Shown: in pieces, positions 1-13,969 of the stretch
Layout of the letters: each line of letters begins with the position of its first letter
Position numbering within the stretch: the first letter of the stretch is position 1
From: the human T2T-CHM13v2.0 reference genome, Homo sapiens
Reading direction: 5' to 3' (one strand)
DNA: 64,000 nt
Assembly: GCF_009914755.1 (NCBI RefSeq)
Contig: NC_060934.1
Translations under genes and position numbers: made by a program
The notes under the pieces: generated by a model
Databases searched by the model: none
Told to the model about the DNA's origin: nothing
Seen by the model: the letters and a program-made list of their open reading frames with translations, nothing else

Positions 1-59
1 ATCAACAGTTAACACACACAAGGCCACTGCCCAGTTAGCATCTTCAAAACATTCTGGAT

Positions 60-180
60 CCCTCTTCTGTCTCCCTTCCTCCCTTTTCTTCTTCCTCTCT
101 CCTCTCTTCTCCCCTCTCCCTCTCTCTCTCCTCTCTCACCTCCTCTGTCTCACTCTTGTTCTCTCTCACACGCTCTCCTC
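60..180. repeat. CT-rich low-complexity tract
   Basis: Almost pure C/T run; explains the Glu/Arg-rich ORF 44..238(-). Confidence 0.85.
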
Positions 181-199
181 CCTTTGCAGCCGAGCTTCG

Positions 200-360
200 T
201 GTAAGCATCACCAGCACCCAGGGGCTCCGTTTCCTCACCTCCCACTCCCTCAGCCCACGGCAATCTGCCTTCTGCCCTCGTTACGCCCCAGAAACCTCCC
301 TTAGCTTGCCAGTGACCTCCAATGGGCTGTTTCGGTCTCTATCTTGCCACATTATTGACT
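200..360 (+). mobile_element. L2 LINE fragment
   Basis: cacggcaatctgccttctgccc...cagtgacctcc resembles L2 ORF2 consensus. Confidence 0.55.
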
Positions 361-456
361 TTAAATAAATGTTTATATAAAATAAATGAATAAAGGGATA
401 AACCAATAAATGAACATATGAAATCTCACAAGAAAAACCCCACTCATTTCCCACCA

Positions 457-516
457 CTCTAACCAGCTTAGCTCTGGAGAGCCACATCCCTCTAACCAGC
501 TTAGCTCTGGAGAGCC
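457..516. repeat. Direct repeat, 2 x 27 bp (ctctaaccagcttagctctggagagcc), period 33
   Basis: Identical copies at 457-483 and 490-516. Confidence 0.95.
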
Positions 517-1859
517 CCAAATCAGCACACCCCAATATCATGGCTTCTCCAGCTGAGGTCCTGGGAATCTCATATCCCATCCTCACCCCATCCAGATCCA
601 CTGAGTAAGGGTCTCTGGGCATGGGTCTGGGACCTGCACTGTGAACAGATACTTGAGATGAAGCTTAGGCACATTACAGCTGGAGGGCCACTGCCCCACA
701 TCTGCTCTTCTGTGAATTTTTCTGATCCAGCAATCTCTTCATAATCAATTAGATTGAAAACAATGAGTAGGGATTCTGCCTTTAAAAACATCCACAGAAA
801 CAAAGGGAAAATAAGTGTTCTCTTTGGCATGCAATAGTGCCCGGGGTCCGGTGGGTCCTTGGTTTGCTCATGACACTTACCCTTTCCACCAAGGCTGTTA
901 CTAAGGGTTGCTAGCACAGGACAACACGCAGGGCACTCCAGCCCGGGGACGTGTGCTCTGATCAGCTTCTGCTGACATCTTGGAGACAGTGATCTGTTTT
1001 CTCTGTTTCCAATTTTTGGAACAAGAAAGTCTTATTTAGCAGGCAGAACTGCTTCTCAGAAAAATGCAAATGAGAGAACCCTTCCCCTCTTATGTGGAAT
1101 GTTCAGTCGCTCTTGGTCCTTGTGATTAATAACTCGAGTCCTTTCTGTTTGTATGTTAGTTTCCATATATACAACACTGCATGGACTTTAGTGCATTTGA
1201 CTCGAGCAACAATCACAGAGAGGTGGGTGGGGCATTCACCGCATCGTTACTTCCACAGATACCCAGAGGGTGCCTGTTATGTGCCCGGCGCCAGCCCTGG
1301 GTGCCATGGGAACACTGAAGAGAGACTGACATGGATGCTGCCGCCCTCGGGTACCTCCCAGGCTGCTGGAGGAGACAAGCCACGGACACAGCCACTAGTG
1401 CCACCTACAAAGTAACGAGTGCCTGCGGACTAGATCGTAAGTTCCTTGAAACCAAGAACAGAGACGACCACTCATATCCTCTGTGCCATGCACAGGGCCT
1501 GGTGGGAGTCAATTTTCACTAAACCTGGTCAAATGAATGAGACCAGTCAAGTGCTTCAGAAATTCAGAGTTGGGTTGGGATGAGTGGGGTCACTTCCCGA
1601 TGAGGTGCACCCGTGGATTCGGGGCTTCCTGAAGGAGGGGACATTTGGACCCAGCAGCTCTCCCCAGCTTGTAGAGCTTCACACGATCTCTCAAGCTCAA
1701 ACCTTTACAGATTAAATGTAAACTCACGGTGTCCTTGGAAAGTCAAGTTTATTTCTTAGAACATCAACCTGCATACCTTACACCTTGTACTTGAAGGAAA
1801 CATTTTCTCCACCCCAAAGGCCCATTTTCATTCAGTATTCTTAGTATTAATTAAGAGAG

Positions 1860-3090
1860 TTTTCTCCTTTTTGTTTTTACTTTATTTTATGATTAAAAAA
1901 TGTAATACAGTATCATTATAAATAATTTAGAAAGTAGAAAAAGGTTTGAACAATAAGGAAAAAAGTCAACTGTAATCCCATTACCTAGAGGTAGTTCTGA
2001 TTATTATTTTTGGTATATATCCTTATAGTATGCTTGTATGTTGTATTTTTAACATTGATAAACCCATATTAAATACACAGTTTCGAGTTCTTTTCCACTG
2101 TCATTAAAAACTCTTAAAAACTTAAAAAAACACTACAGAATGTGACAGTGTTTGCACTAGAACTTAAATTTTCATTATGTTTGACATTTGGATGGTTCTA
2201 ATTTAATGTTAATGTGGGAAATGTTGTCTATATTTTGAGTTATTTGCTTAGAATGGATTCCTCAAAAGAGAATTAGGGAACCAGTAGAAATGAACATTTA
2301 GGATCTTAGATCCATATTACCAAATTGCTTTCTAGAAAGTGTGCCCCAGCATGCACTGCCCCATTGGGTTTGAGAGTGCTTGCAACACTTCAGCTTCCCA
2401 GCTCTTCCAGTTACACACCACTGCAGAACAAACTAGCCCCAAACCAAAAAGACTTCGAGGAACAGTCATTTTATTCTCTTACGATGTTATGGGTCAGGGA
2501 TTCAGGCAGGGCTCAGCCGGTCAGTCCTTCTGCCCTACATGGCATTGACTGAGGTTTCTTGGTGGTGTTGAGTCGGCCGCTGGTCGGAGGGTCCAAGCTG
2601 GCCTCCCCACATGCCTGCAGTCTGGCAGGGATGGCTGGAAGGCCGGGCTTATAACTCCCTTCCCCTGCTCATGCACTCTCAGGGCCTCATCACAAGGTCT
2701 CTCCCACCGGGCAGTCAGACTCTGGGTGCCACCCAGTGAGCCAGGGCTCCCAGAGATGGGAAGTGGAACCTGCCAGTCTCTTAAGGCACAGCGTCACTTC
2801 CACTGTATTCTGTTGGTCGAAGCACCACAGAGCTCACCAAAGTTCAAGGGAGCGGGCCGAGACCTTGTTTCTTAGGAGTGTCAAAGAATTTATGGTCACC
2901 TGTGATTTACCACATCAGCATTGAATATTGTCATGAGAAACATTTATTTGTTTGCTAATTTGAAAGCTGACATGATAAACTAGTGAGGCTTTCATCTGAA
3001 TTTATTGATTCTACTCTTCAACTTTTACATATATTTTCTTAGCCATTTAAATTTCCCCACTTGGGAGATTTTTGGTCCTGCCCTTTGGGT
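1860..3090 (-). mobile_element. Old L1M (L1ME-like) 3' region, interrupted by an MLT1 LTR
   Basis: AT-rich L1 3'UTR-like text (tagaatggattcct...gaatta, attaccaaattgctttctagaaag) resuming after 2914. Confidence 0.55.
2405..2914 (-). mobile_element. MaLR solo LTR, MLT1H1-like
   Basis: gggtcagggattcaggcagggctcagc...gggtccaag...ggcacagcgtcacttcc...tttaccaca. Confidence 0.75.
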
Positions 3091-3094
3091 CTTT

Positions 3095-3310
3095 TCCAGC
3101 TCTGCCACTTACAACTATAAGATGCCAGACAGGTTAGTGGAACTTTCTGCATCCTCACTGCTTCCTCTATAGCATGGGGGTAATGATCTTACCCCTCTGC
3201 AAACCTTCAAGGGTTGCTATGAAGCTCAAATGAGAGAGAAAATGTAAAGGGCGTATTCAATACCATGCCTGACCCATGACAAATTCTCAGTACCCACTAT
3301 TGTTAATAGT
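3095..3310 (+). mobile_element. MIR SINE
   Basis: ccagctctgccacttac...gggttgctatgaagctcaaatgaga...aatgtaaag core. Confidence 0.75.
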
Positions 3311-4199
3311 GTCATCTGTTCAGAGTCTTGTCATAATACTCAGGTGCCAGGTTGGTGGAAACACATGTGGAGAGGACACAGGGTTCCTGGGTTGCAGGAG
3401 AAGGAAAAGCAGAACATCCTCCGTGCACCACTTGGTGCCAGTTTAAGCCACAATTCCCTGGCACCTCTGCCCAAGGGCAGGGAGCTGCTGGCTTGTGAGT
3501 GGGCACAATGCCATCCTACGAGATGGGAATGAAAACAGGCAGCCAGGGGATCATGTGTGTCCTGCTGTATTTGTTAAACAAACCGCTCCCAGCCGGAGAG
3601 CACTAAAACAGCTGTCAATCCTGGTCTTACAAGCCCGTGGTAATAGGAGACGTGCAATCATTAATCTAGCTCTGGGAAGAATTACCTTTCCAACTTTTTT
3701 TTTTTTTTTAAAGAAACAGTACATCACAGCCCACATATACAGACAGAGGTGGGCATCAGAGTTGATTTACGCCTCATCCATCAAACTGAAATAAATGTTA
3801 TTCCATGGAAATGAAACCAACACTCACAGACTGAGGTAGTAAATTCCCTTGCTGAACCCTGACTGAGGGGTGCTCCCATTTCTCACTTCCCCCTCTTGTC
3901 TGAAGGTGACACTACACCCTGCCACCAGCAGCGTAAGTGCCTTTAGTAGCTCTTCCTCCCGATGAGTGATCATGGGTTGTGTATGGCCAGCCACTTGCTT
4001 TCTTCCTGATTCCTCTCAACATCTGGTCACAGCTGGCAGCCTCTTCCAGTGACATTTTGGACCGTAAGTGGATCAAGACGCAGCCTTGTCAGCCCCCACA
4101 TCTCAGGATGCTCCAGGTGGGTAATGGGCCTGGACAAAGAACAGGCATGTGCGAGATGTGGCAGGGAGGGAAGGCACGCGCTCTCCCCGCACCTAAAAA

Positions 4200-4540
4200 C
4201 CATGCGACTTGGGCTTCCTGGGCCTCAGTTTCCACATCTGCTAAATGGGGAAACAAATGCCCACCTTGCCTACTTCACAAGAATGTGAAACCACGCAAAA
4301 CAGAGGCCTTATGACTGCATGAGATGCAATCATAACTGAGGCAAACGTTATGCATTCCTCCTGTAGTGTTCTTTTAAAGAGGTGTTCACGTCTAATATGT
4401 ATTTTAACAGGTTTGGAAGGGTTTAATAAATATTATTTTCCACTTCCCAGAGTAGAAAACTGAGGTGTGTTGAGAGTAAGTGACTCTTGAAGGTCATGGA
4501 GTGGAACCCTGGTCTCCTGGTTCTCAGCAGTTCCCTCTGG
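4200..4540. mobile_element. Two MIR fragments (+ then -)
   Basis: ggcctcagtttccacatctgctaaatgggg; gaaaactgagg...aagtgactc...ggaaccctggtctcctgg. Confidence 0.65.
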
Positions 4541-4786
4541 ACCTCACTGTCCACCAAGTGGAAGGAGAATAGGGGGCCTGAATATCTTTCCAGGGCTTTG
4601 TTTTCACATCAGTTTACATCGGTAGGTCAGTTCCAGCTGCGCCTCGGTGAGCTGGGACTCCACTTGTACGACTGTAGGCTTCTCACCTGAGGAAGTCCTT
4701 CAAAGTCCACGCTTCATCTTTTTCAGTCCGTAGAGCTCTGGATGGGGAGGCTGGGTCATTTGCAGAGGCTCAGACTGGGAGTATAG

Positions 4787-5326
<540 letters not shown>

Positions 5327-5847
5327 CTCCTTTCCTTTCTTTCATTCCCTTTTTCTTTTTTCCCTAGGGATCTTGGAAATATCTCAAATATAAACCAGAA
5401 TATCTTAAACTTGAGGATGTGTTGAGCAGATATGTGACTGCAACGCCAGTGATCCAGTAGATAAAATGGGAAAGCAGAGTCCATCCCCTAGAGCTTGGGA
5501 GGGGCCAAGCTGGTCTCTGAGGATGGTGAAAAGCAAGAGGGAGGTGACCGTTCACTTGGTCCAGTGCGCTCCACTCCAATATTCACTAACGGGAACACGG
5601 CTCCTCAGGTGCTGGGGAGGGAAGTAATCTCAGAAGCACTGAACACTGCTCCTACTTTTCCAAGATAATCATGTGTGGCCTGGGCAGGTCCTCAGGCCCC
5701 GTGAGGTCCAGCCTCAGCAGAGTGTCACATCAGAAACTTTCAAGCAACAACAAATGACACCAAGAATCTCAGTCTCCTTTGGAAGAATATCGGAGGCAAT
5801 CCAAATTATAATATCTAGAAACACTTCTTTAAAAACCCCTTTTCCAA

Positions 5848-6695
5848 AAGAAATAATTCCATCAAAAAGTGGACTAAGGACCTGAATAGAATAGCCAAAA
5901 AACATATGAAAAAATGCTCAACATCATTAATGATCAGGGAAATGCAAATCAAAAACCACAATGTGATACCACCTTACTCCTGCAAGAAGGGCCATCATTT
6001 AAAAAAAAAAAAAAAAGACGTTGGCATGGATGTGGTGAACAGGAAACACTTCTACACTGCTAGTGGAAATGTAAACTAGTACAACCGCTATGGAAAACAG
6101 TGTGGAGATTCCTTAAAGAACTAAAAGTAGATCTACCATTTCATCCAGCAATCCCACTACCGGGTATCTACCCAGAGGAGAAGAAGTCACTATATGAAAA
6201 AGATACTTGCACACACATGTTTATAGCAGCATAATTTGCAATTGCAAAAATATGGAACCAGCCCAAATGCCCATCAACCAACAAGTGGATAAAGAAAATG
6301 TGATATATATATATGTATAGCTATATAGATATATACACACACACACACGGCATGGAATACTACTCAGCCATAAACAGGAATGAAATAATGGCATTTGCAG
6401 CAACCTGGATGGAGCTGGAGACCATTATTCTAAGCGAAGTCACTCGGGAATGAAAAACCAAACATCATATGTTCTCACAAGTGAGGACATAAAGGCATAA
6501 GAATGATACTGGACTCTGGGGACTTGGAGAAAGGGTGGGAAGGAGGTGAGGGGTAAAAGACTACACATTGGGTACACTGTACACTGCTCGGGTGATGGCT
6601 GCACCAGAGTCTCACAAATCACCACTAAAGAACTTGTCCATGTAATCAAACACCACCTAGTTCCCCAAAACTATTGAAATAATAAATCAATAAAA
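5848..6695 (+). mobile_element. L1PB (L1PB1-like) 3' end, 5'-truncated
   Basis: gtaaactagtacaaccgctatggaaaacagtgtggagattccttaaagaactaaaagtagatctacc; L1PB 3'UTR ending aaaactattgaaataataaa. Confidence 0.9.
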
Positions 6696-7119
6696 CTATT
6701 TTGCCTTCCTTTTTTTTCCTCCAGTTTTTACACAATTGCTACAGGAGCCCTCAAACTCTAAATACTTCACTGTCAACATTCTGCCCCCAAGAGTCCCAGA
6801 AGCCCCAGCCCGTGTACCTTCTAAGTCTCTCCCCAGCTTTCCTCTTCTCCCTCACCTCTCCAACCCTGCATCTCTCCACTCAGTCTTCCAGTGTTGTGTC
6901 TCAAAGTCTGGGAAGTATGTGGGGAAAGACAGAACTCTCCTCAGAGGACAGGAGAAGAGGAGATGGGCCAAGGAGAGATGGGGCCTGGGGGTGGCAGGTG
7001 ACAGAGCAGGAATATCACCCTTGAGTGTCGCATTCCCATCCTCTGCCTGTGCACCAGCAAAGCTCCCCGAATGTGCTGGTCCGGAAAGCCAAGATGATGG
7101 AGCAGAAACAGGACTTGGC

Positions 7120-7173
7120 GTTCCCCTGGTATTCCTCTAGTGTTCCCCTGGTATTTCCCTAGTATTTCTCTGG
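7120..7173. repeat. Imperfect 11-bp tandem repeat x5
   Basis: gttcccctggt attcctctagt gttcccctggt atttccctagt atttctctgg. Confidence 0.8.
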
Positions 7174-7790
7174 GGAACGGCAGGCAAGGGTCTCGTGTGC
7201 ATAGCCGGGCTGCAGAGAGATCCCTGGGACTACGTAGATAGACACAAATTCTTTTAAATCCCTTCCTTTTGGATAAAAGTACTAGGTGATTTTAAAATGA
7301 TCTGTGTAACCAGGAATACATTTTGTAAATTTCTCTAAGACTTACATACTAGGTTTCCGTCCCAAAGACATTTTTATATGTCCCCGAATAGAATAAAGTT
7401 AACTCAAGGCTTATCATATTCCAGGCTATAAGGGAGCCGCTCATCTCCTGGATGACTTGTCATCTCACCTGGTTCTATGCCATGTGCTTGACAACATCAG
7501 TGCCTTTCCAAACCGTTGCCTTCGGCTTGGTTTTACTGCCTTGCATTGTTGCACTTCCTATCACTGAGCTTAGCTGCAAGAACAGAACAGTGGCTTGTAA
7601 CGTCCCTGTGCCTTTATTCAGTTTAATAGTCAATGAGCCTAGATACAAGGGATCCCTTCTGAAGGGCAGGAGGATATTATGGGCACTACTGAATATTTTT
7701 AGAGTGGGTGGGTTTTTTTGTTTTTTTCTTTTTTGGGTTGTTTTGTTTGTTTTGTTTTGTTTTGTTTTTTGGAATGCGGACTTTTTGATA

Positions 7791-8018
7791 CAGGCTGAGC
7801 ATCCCAAATCTGAAATCTGCAATGCTCCAAAATCTGAAACTTTTTGAGCACCGACATCACACTCAAAGGAAATGCTCACTGGAGCATTTTGGGTTTCAGA
7901 TCTTAGGACTGGGGATGTTCAACCAATAAGTATAACGCAAATATTCCAAAATTGGAAAAAAATCAAATTCTAAAACGCTTCCGGTTCCAAGCATTTCAGA
8001 GAAGGAATATTCTGCTTG
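7791..8018 (+). mobile_element. Tigger4a (TcMar-Tigger MITE)
   Basis: caggctgagcatccc...aatgctccaaaatctgaaactttttgagc...ggagcatttt; TA at 7789-7790 and 8019-8020. Confidence 0.9.
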
Positions 8019-10208
8019 TACTAACTATGCCACGTAAGTAACATTGTGTATTAAGTGTGTGTGCATGTGTGTGTGAGAGCAGGTGCGCATGTGTGTGTAT
8101 GTGGGCGTGTTTCAATTGGCTGGAAGAACAAGGTTGGTAAGCCAGCCTTTTAAGCTCACCAAGTTGCTGCTTTTTCACCAACACAGTTACTACTAGCAGT
8201 GACATCTGCCATTGCTGGGGCACTTTGTTTTAAACTACTTGACCTGCATTACCTTATTTGATTTCCACAAAAGCCCTGAGGTCTTTCTGCTGATGTTCTC
8301 CTTTGCAGGAAGTTGCTGTGTTTAACGTGGCGGCCTACAGAGGAGGAGGCTGTACCTCATGGTCCGGGGAGACGGTGCTCTCAAAAGTTCCAGGCAAGCT
8401 ACCAACTTTCCCTGCCGGAAGGCGTGTGGTACACTGTGGCTCTGCCATATTCCAGTCAGGCAGCTGCTGTGACCCTGAACTGTCCCTGGTCCCTCTGCCC
8501 TGTTTCTTCCCTGAGAATTGTGGGTTTTAAACTAGATCCTGGCGTGTTACAGCCAGAAGTGACTTTAAGGCTCACTCAGCCCAAAGCCCAGGAGATCACA
8601 TGACTTGCCCAAGGTCACGCTGAGGGTCGGTGACGAGGCTGGGACTGGACCCCCAGCCTCCTGGTTCCCATTGCCCTGGGGGTCTTCGTGTCCTCAACAC
8701 ACAAGGCACCTTTTCAAAGGAACTCATACGCACACCTCTGGAAATGCAAGCATCACCCTTTCCTAAGGGTCCCCACCTCTGCACTGGAGACATCGTGCTT
8801 TCTAAGAATGAGGCAGTTTTGTTTTAAGTACTGACTCTGGAGAGTGTGGGGGGTTTTTGTCCCCTCTCTGTATCTGTTCCCCCCTAAATCAGCCTGGCCA
8901 AGCTAATAGGAAACCTCGGCTTATAACGCCCTGTGCCCCTCCTGCCCCATGGAGCTCCAGGACAGTTCACCCCAGAGAGATGTGGGCTGTCTTCAGCTCC
9001 CAGGGCCTGGCTGTGCACCTCCTGCTGCAGATGGTCTCATCCCTAGCAGGGCTGCACCCAGGAGGAAGAGGGGGAGCTGTGCCCCAGGGTTCTCTCATCC
9101 TGAACAGCTCTGTTTGGATGGCGGAAGAGCCATCGTGAGAGTGCCACAATCTCTTCTGGCTGGTATTTCTTAAACATCTTCACATCTGTCCAGTTCCCCG
9201 CTCCCCAGCCTGGAAACCTGGAATCCTGCTGAGTGGTGTCTGGTCCCCACTTCTCCCCACGCCAGTCCGCAGCCACAGGACTCTTGCTAGCCATGCTCCT
9301 CTCCTGCTAACGGCCCATCCATAGCATCAGCCGCAAACCTGAAGGCTCCCCACACTCGGTGGGGTCTTTGCTCCTCCTTCCGCCTTGCACCCGGCTGCTC
9401 CGTCTCACAGGTATGAGGGTGTCCTTCTGAAAGGCAGTAGTAGGATATTATTAGTACGAATACAGGAGTACCATGCCACCTGCATTGCTCAAGCCAGACT
9501 GGGCCTTCCTAGGACAGGCCGTGACATGCTGTTCCCTGTGACTAGGACACTGTTCCTTCACTCTTCTTCACCCAGCCACAGCCAACACACCTTAGGCAAC
9601 AGCTCCTCCAGGAAGCCTACCTGACCACTCTCATCCCATCCCTGCCCCAAGTTGTCCACATAGGGAACCCCTCCTTTGTGCCAACACCTGTTGGCTGTCT
9701 CCAGTGTGCTGGGCACCGGGGATGCAAAGGCACACAAGACATGGCCCCTGCCTGCAGGGAGCACACAGTCTACTGCCCAGGAGCCAGATATGGGAGAAAA
9801 CAGGACGGTCCTGCTTCCAGAGCTTTCTGTGCCTGTGCTGTCTCTCTGTGTTGTTTTTTTAGTCTCTCCCACTGTGCACTCGTGGCACCCTGGGGAGGGT
9901 CTTAGCCCTGTTTGTATCCTTACACCGAGCACCATTTCTAGTATAAATTACCCTATGCCCTCGATGAACGCACAAGGGCTGAATCAACAAATGGGCTTAA
10001 CTGTGGGTTCCCTGCAGGTTAGTGCCACCATTGTCCTCTTTAAGAGGTTGCTGCTGTCCCTGTCATGCATATGTGTTGAAAGAAGAAATCCCTTATTTAG
10101 AGTTCCCTGAGCAAATGCTCTGGGGAGAAACCAAGGGGGGCTGTCTTCTGAATAGATGCCTGTTGAAATACATGCCTTCTGCTAGTGAGCACTTTTCTTG
10201 CAAACTTG

Positions 10209-10609
10209 AGTCTTAGGTTAGGTTCCTTCAAGACAAGAATTCCTGTGCAAGAGATTTGTGAAGGAAATGCTCCTGGGACACAGGTGGGAGTGGGGGCAGG
10301 GAAAGGGAAGAAGCCACACCAGGGTGCAATTTTAGGAAAGCTCTTGGCCTCAGCCTGCTCCTGTGGGGAGCCTGAAGCATGAGTTACACCTCAGTCTTGA
10401 GGCTAGCACTGGGTATCATTGTCCTGCACCCAGTTATTGGCTCTGAGCCCCAGGGAAACACAATCTGTCAGGCCTTTTGGGCTCCTGGACCTGTGGGCAA
10501 AGTGATTTTAGTAGCCCTTGAACGGGCCTCCAAAGGGGCCACAGGTACAGGGGTGGGCAGGAGAGACAACAGCTGGGGGCCTGAGAGGGGTACAACAGTG
10601 TCCTCTACA
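10209..10609 (-). mobile_element. ERVL solo LTR, LTR33-like
   Basis: tcttaggttaggttcc...gggaagaagcca...ttattggct...tctaca. Confidence 0.65.
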
Positions 10610-10990
10610 GCTTGTGGGGACAAGACCAAAGAGCCCTGGGGGTAAGGGAGCCCCTTTTTCTATTTTACTTCAGGGTCTGCGTTTAACTGACAATCACTCA
10701 GCAGGAGCCTGGTCTGCAGCTGTGTCCTCCTGCTTGGATGATGCAAAATAATGCCCCGGGCATGGCCTAAAACCCAAAGGTGGGGCTCTTTTGTCCAGTG
10801 CTAAGAGAGACTCGACTCTCAGCTTCAAGTTCTTTGCTGAGGTGAACATTATTTATCATGCTGTATTGGGTGGGAGCAGACAGTAACCCTGTACCTCATC
10901 TTGAAGGACAGAGAAAGATCTTTCTCAAGATCAAAGCATGTCCCTCAGATGTCTGGCAAATGAGTGGAGATTATAAATGAGAAGGTAGCC

Positions 10991-11292
10991 GACCAGGCAC
11001 AGTGGCTCATGCCTGTAATCCTAGCACTTTGGGAGGCCGAGGCCGTTGGATCACCCAAGGTCAGGAGTTCGAGACCAGCCTGGCAAACATGGCAAAACCC
11101 CATCTCTACTAAAAATAGAAAAAATTAGCCAGGTATGGTTGCATGTGCCTGTAATCCCAGCTACTCAAGAGGCTGAGGGAGGAGAATCCCTTGAACCTAG
11201 GAGGTGGAGGTTGCAATAAGCCAAGACTGTGCCATTGCACTCCAGCCTGGGCAAAAGAACAAGACTTGTTTTTAAAAAAAAAAAAAAAAAAA
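10991..11292 (+). mobile_element. AluS (Sq/Sx-like)
   Basis: Full dimer with poly-A; flanking aggtagcc duplicated on both sides. Confidence 0.95.
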
Positions 11293-11636
11293 GCAGGTAG
11301 CCAAGGATGCCTCAGGAGCTGAGTGCGGAGAGATCAGAACATGTGTTCCATCTTTGTCATGAGTTTATTTCTAGAAAAAGATTATTGTTTAAAACAATCA
11401 TTAAAAGCTATCATAGATGCCATGGCCAAAATATTTTCGTAGGACATACTGTTACCACCTCACTGCCTACTGCCTCCAATTCTTAGGCGTAATTTTTTTT
11501 TTTTCAGAGAAATGAAAACTAATGTTAGAAAGAAGCACTTGGGGAACGATACCACTTAACTGATTTTATAATTGTTTACAGCAGACGCTGCCTTGGTGGA
11601 AAGTTTGGAGGGGAAAAGGGAGCCTCCCAAGGTCTT

Positions 11637-11666
11637 TATAAAAGGTAGCAGCGCCCCCTGACACAG
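11637..11666. promoter_or_regulatory. TATA-box-like TATAAAAG abutting a CTCF-like motif
   Basis: tataaaag at 11637-11644; minus strand 11666-11648 reads ctgtgtCAGGGGGCGCTgc. Confidence 0.3.
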
Positions 11667-12337
11667 AGCAGAAGGGGAACCACAATGAAGAGCATCAAAC
11701 TCAGGAGGAAAAAAGGGTGGCTGGAGAGGGTGAGGGGAGGCAGAGAATGCATAAAAAGATATTATTCCCACTACTGCTGATTACAGAGATCAACCAAATC
11801 CTCCCACGCCGGAAAGAACAAAGTACTCATTTTTTAGCAACCCAAGAACAGAAGAAGGGGATATTGGCGGAACCTCTTCATATTAAAGACCAATTAAGTT
11901 ATTAGGCAATTTCAGAGAAGTTCCAACAGAACAGAGCCTTTCTCTTACATTGCAAAATACCTCTGAGCCCTATATGAAATCACAAGATACAACACGGTTG
12001 TGTTACTCGTTACTTCTTTGGCTGTTACATTCACTTATTCCTCCAACAAATATTTATCACGTAATCTCCATGTGCAAGTCATGGGAGATCTGATGGACAC
12101 AAAATCCTGCAGAAGAAAGAATCTAAGATCTGGTGTTAGAAAACCTCGATTGGAATCACCACTTTGCTGCACACGTGATTTTTAACACGCCACTTAAATG
12201 CCATTTTCTGGGCCTTAGTTTTGTCATCTGTAAAATGATGATCTGATACTGCTTCACAGAGTATGGGAAGCATCTCTGTAAGTGCTAAAGTCCTTTCAAA
12301 GGTCAGTTGCTGTTATTTTTTGAGTCTCCTAGCAGGA

Positions 12338-12451
12338 TGGGGTGACCGCACTCCTGGTTTACCTATAACAGTCTCAGTTGCACCTGTTCTCCCAGCCCCT
12401 TTTCATTCTTAAAGGAGTCCAAGTTTGGCAAATAACTGATATGATCCCCTA
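12338..12451. mobile_element. MER94 (hAT-Blackjack MITE)
   Basis: gggtgacc...cctggttt...cagtctcagtt...ttcattcttaaa...atatgatcccct. Confidence 0.7.
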
Positions 12452-12879
12452 CTGATAGAGTCATCTGTATCGGAGAAAACCATGCAACAAGGACCAGAGT
12501 TCCAATTTTATCGTTCAGTTGCAGTGACTTTCCATACCTTACTATCTGTTCATGGAAGTTTCTCGCGGCCTAACAATACTTCGCTCTTTTTGAAGGTGCA
12601 GCCAACTCGGCTGTGAAAATTCAACGTGTGCACAGAAGTGGGTACTCTGCCGTGCATTTGCACAGAGGTTTCTCATGAAAAGAAACAATTTGTGGAACAC
12701 CCGTCATGAATACAGAATTTGGGCATAAAGAAATGTTCTCCTGCATAATGGTATTCTTCAATTCACGAATGGAAATGTTATATTTCAAGGCAACAGTGTT
12801 GTGAGCCTTTACAATAAGCACAAAGCACTACCCCAGTCCGGCAATAGCTGAAAACCCGGGGGATTTTGGTGTTACCAAG

Positions 12880-13140
12880 TAGAACTGGGCTGCTAAATTG
12901 TGGCTGAGTGTGAGACACTGACCGTGGGTTGGATCTTGCACTTCAAGAGCCCTGTTCCCAGAGCCCTGGGCTGTGTTTCTCAATCTCACTCAGCTTGTTT
13001 CCTGACTCAGGGAGCAGGTATGATTCCTGTACCTGCCTCTTGGTACTGCTTTGAGGGTTACAAAGGCTAATGCATAGAGTATTTAACAGCACCAGAGACA
13101 TGCCGATTGTCCCTAAGTTGTAGAAAGGCTTATCATTCTC
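12880..13140 (+). mobile_element. MIR SINE
   Basis: ctgtgtttctcaatctcactcagc...gagggttacaaaggctaatgcatagagtatttaacagc. Confidence 0.55.
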
Positions 13141-13294
13141 CACTGTGCTGCTCCCAACAGAGCACTCTGCAATGGTTAACTTGAGGGGACCAACCCTTGC
13201 TATACCCTCTCTCCTTTGGCCTTGTTTCCAAATATTTGTAGGAGTTGTCCAGACCAAAGACTTTCACATGTGGGCAGTGAGTTGAAACCCTGTC

Positions 13295-13748
13295 TGTATC
13301 AGTTAGCCATTGCCACAAAGATACCGGGTAACAAACTCCCCCACAAAACTTGGTGGCTTAAAACAACAATGAAGCATTCTCAGCAATGTGTGGGGCAGCT
13401 GGCATCAACCGATCTAGGCTGAGCTATACTCCAAACTGCTCTGGTTGGGGAAACTTTGGCAGCAGCTCTACCAGTACATGGCTCTCATCCTGCTTCTGCA
13501 GCCAGGGGCCTCTCCAGGGCATGTGCTTCTGATGAAAATAGCAGGAAGCACTCGAGGGCTCATGGAAACCCTCCAGGTCGCCTAAGGTGTAGGCTCAAAA
13601 CCAGTCGCTGCCACTTCTGCCCAGATATTGTTAACAAGAGCCAAGTCCAAGGTGAAAGGACAGGAGCACTCCCTTAAAAGGGTCGTGGCAAGGATGTGCT
13701 GGTAGAGAGGGGGGAAGAACTGGGGCCAGTAATTCAACCAACTGCACA
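13295..13748 (-). mobile_element. MaLR solo LTR, MLT1H2/MLT1I-like
   Basis: tgtatcagttagccattgccaca...aaaacttggtggcttaaaacaaca...gaagaactggggccagtaattcaa. Confidence 0.75.
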
Positions 13749-13969
13749 CTGTATCTCATCTTTTGCAGAAAAGGGATGGAACAAATTTGGAGCACCTACT
13801 TTGGGCCAGGACTCATTTAAGCTTCAAGAAACCTAGGAAGGAGGCAACTTCCCGCCATCTTATAGGTGGAGAGACTGAGGGTGAATATTGAATTGATTCA
13901 CTTTTGCCACATAACAAAGCACTCCCAGAGTGTCCTAAGATCTCCATTTCTTTCGCTTCCAATGCTATA

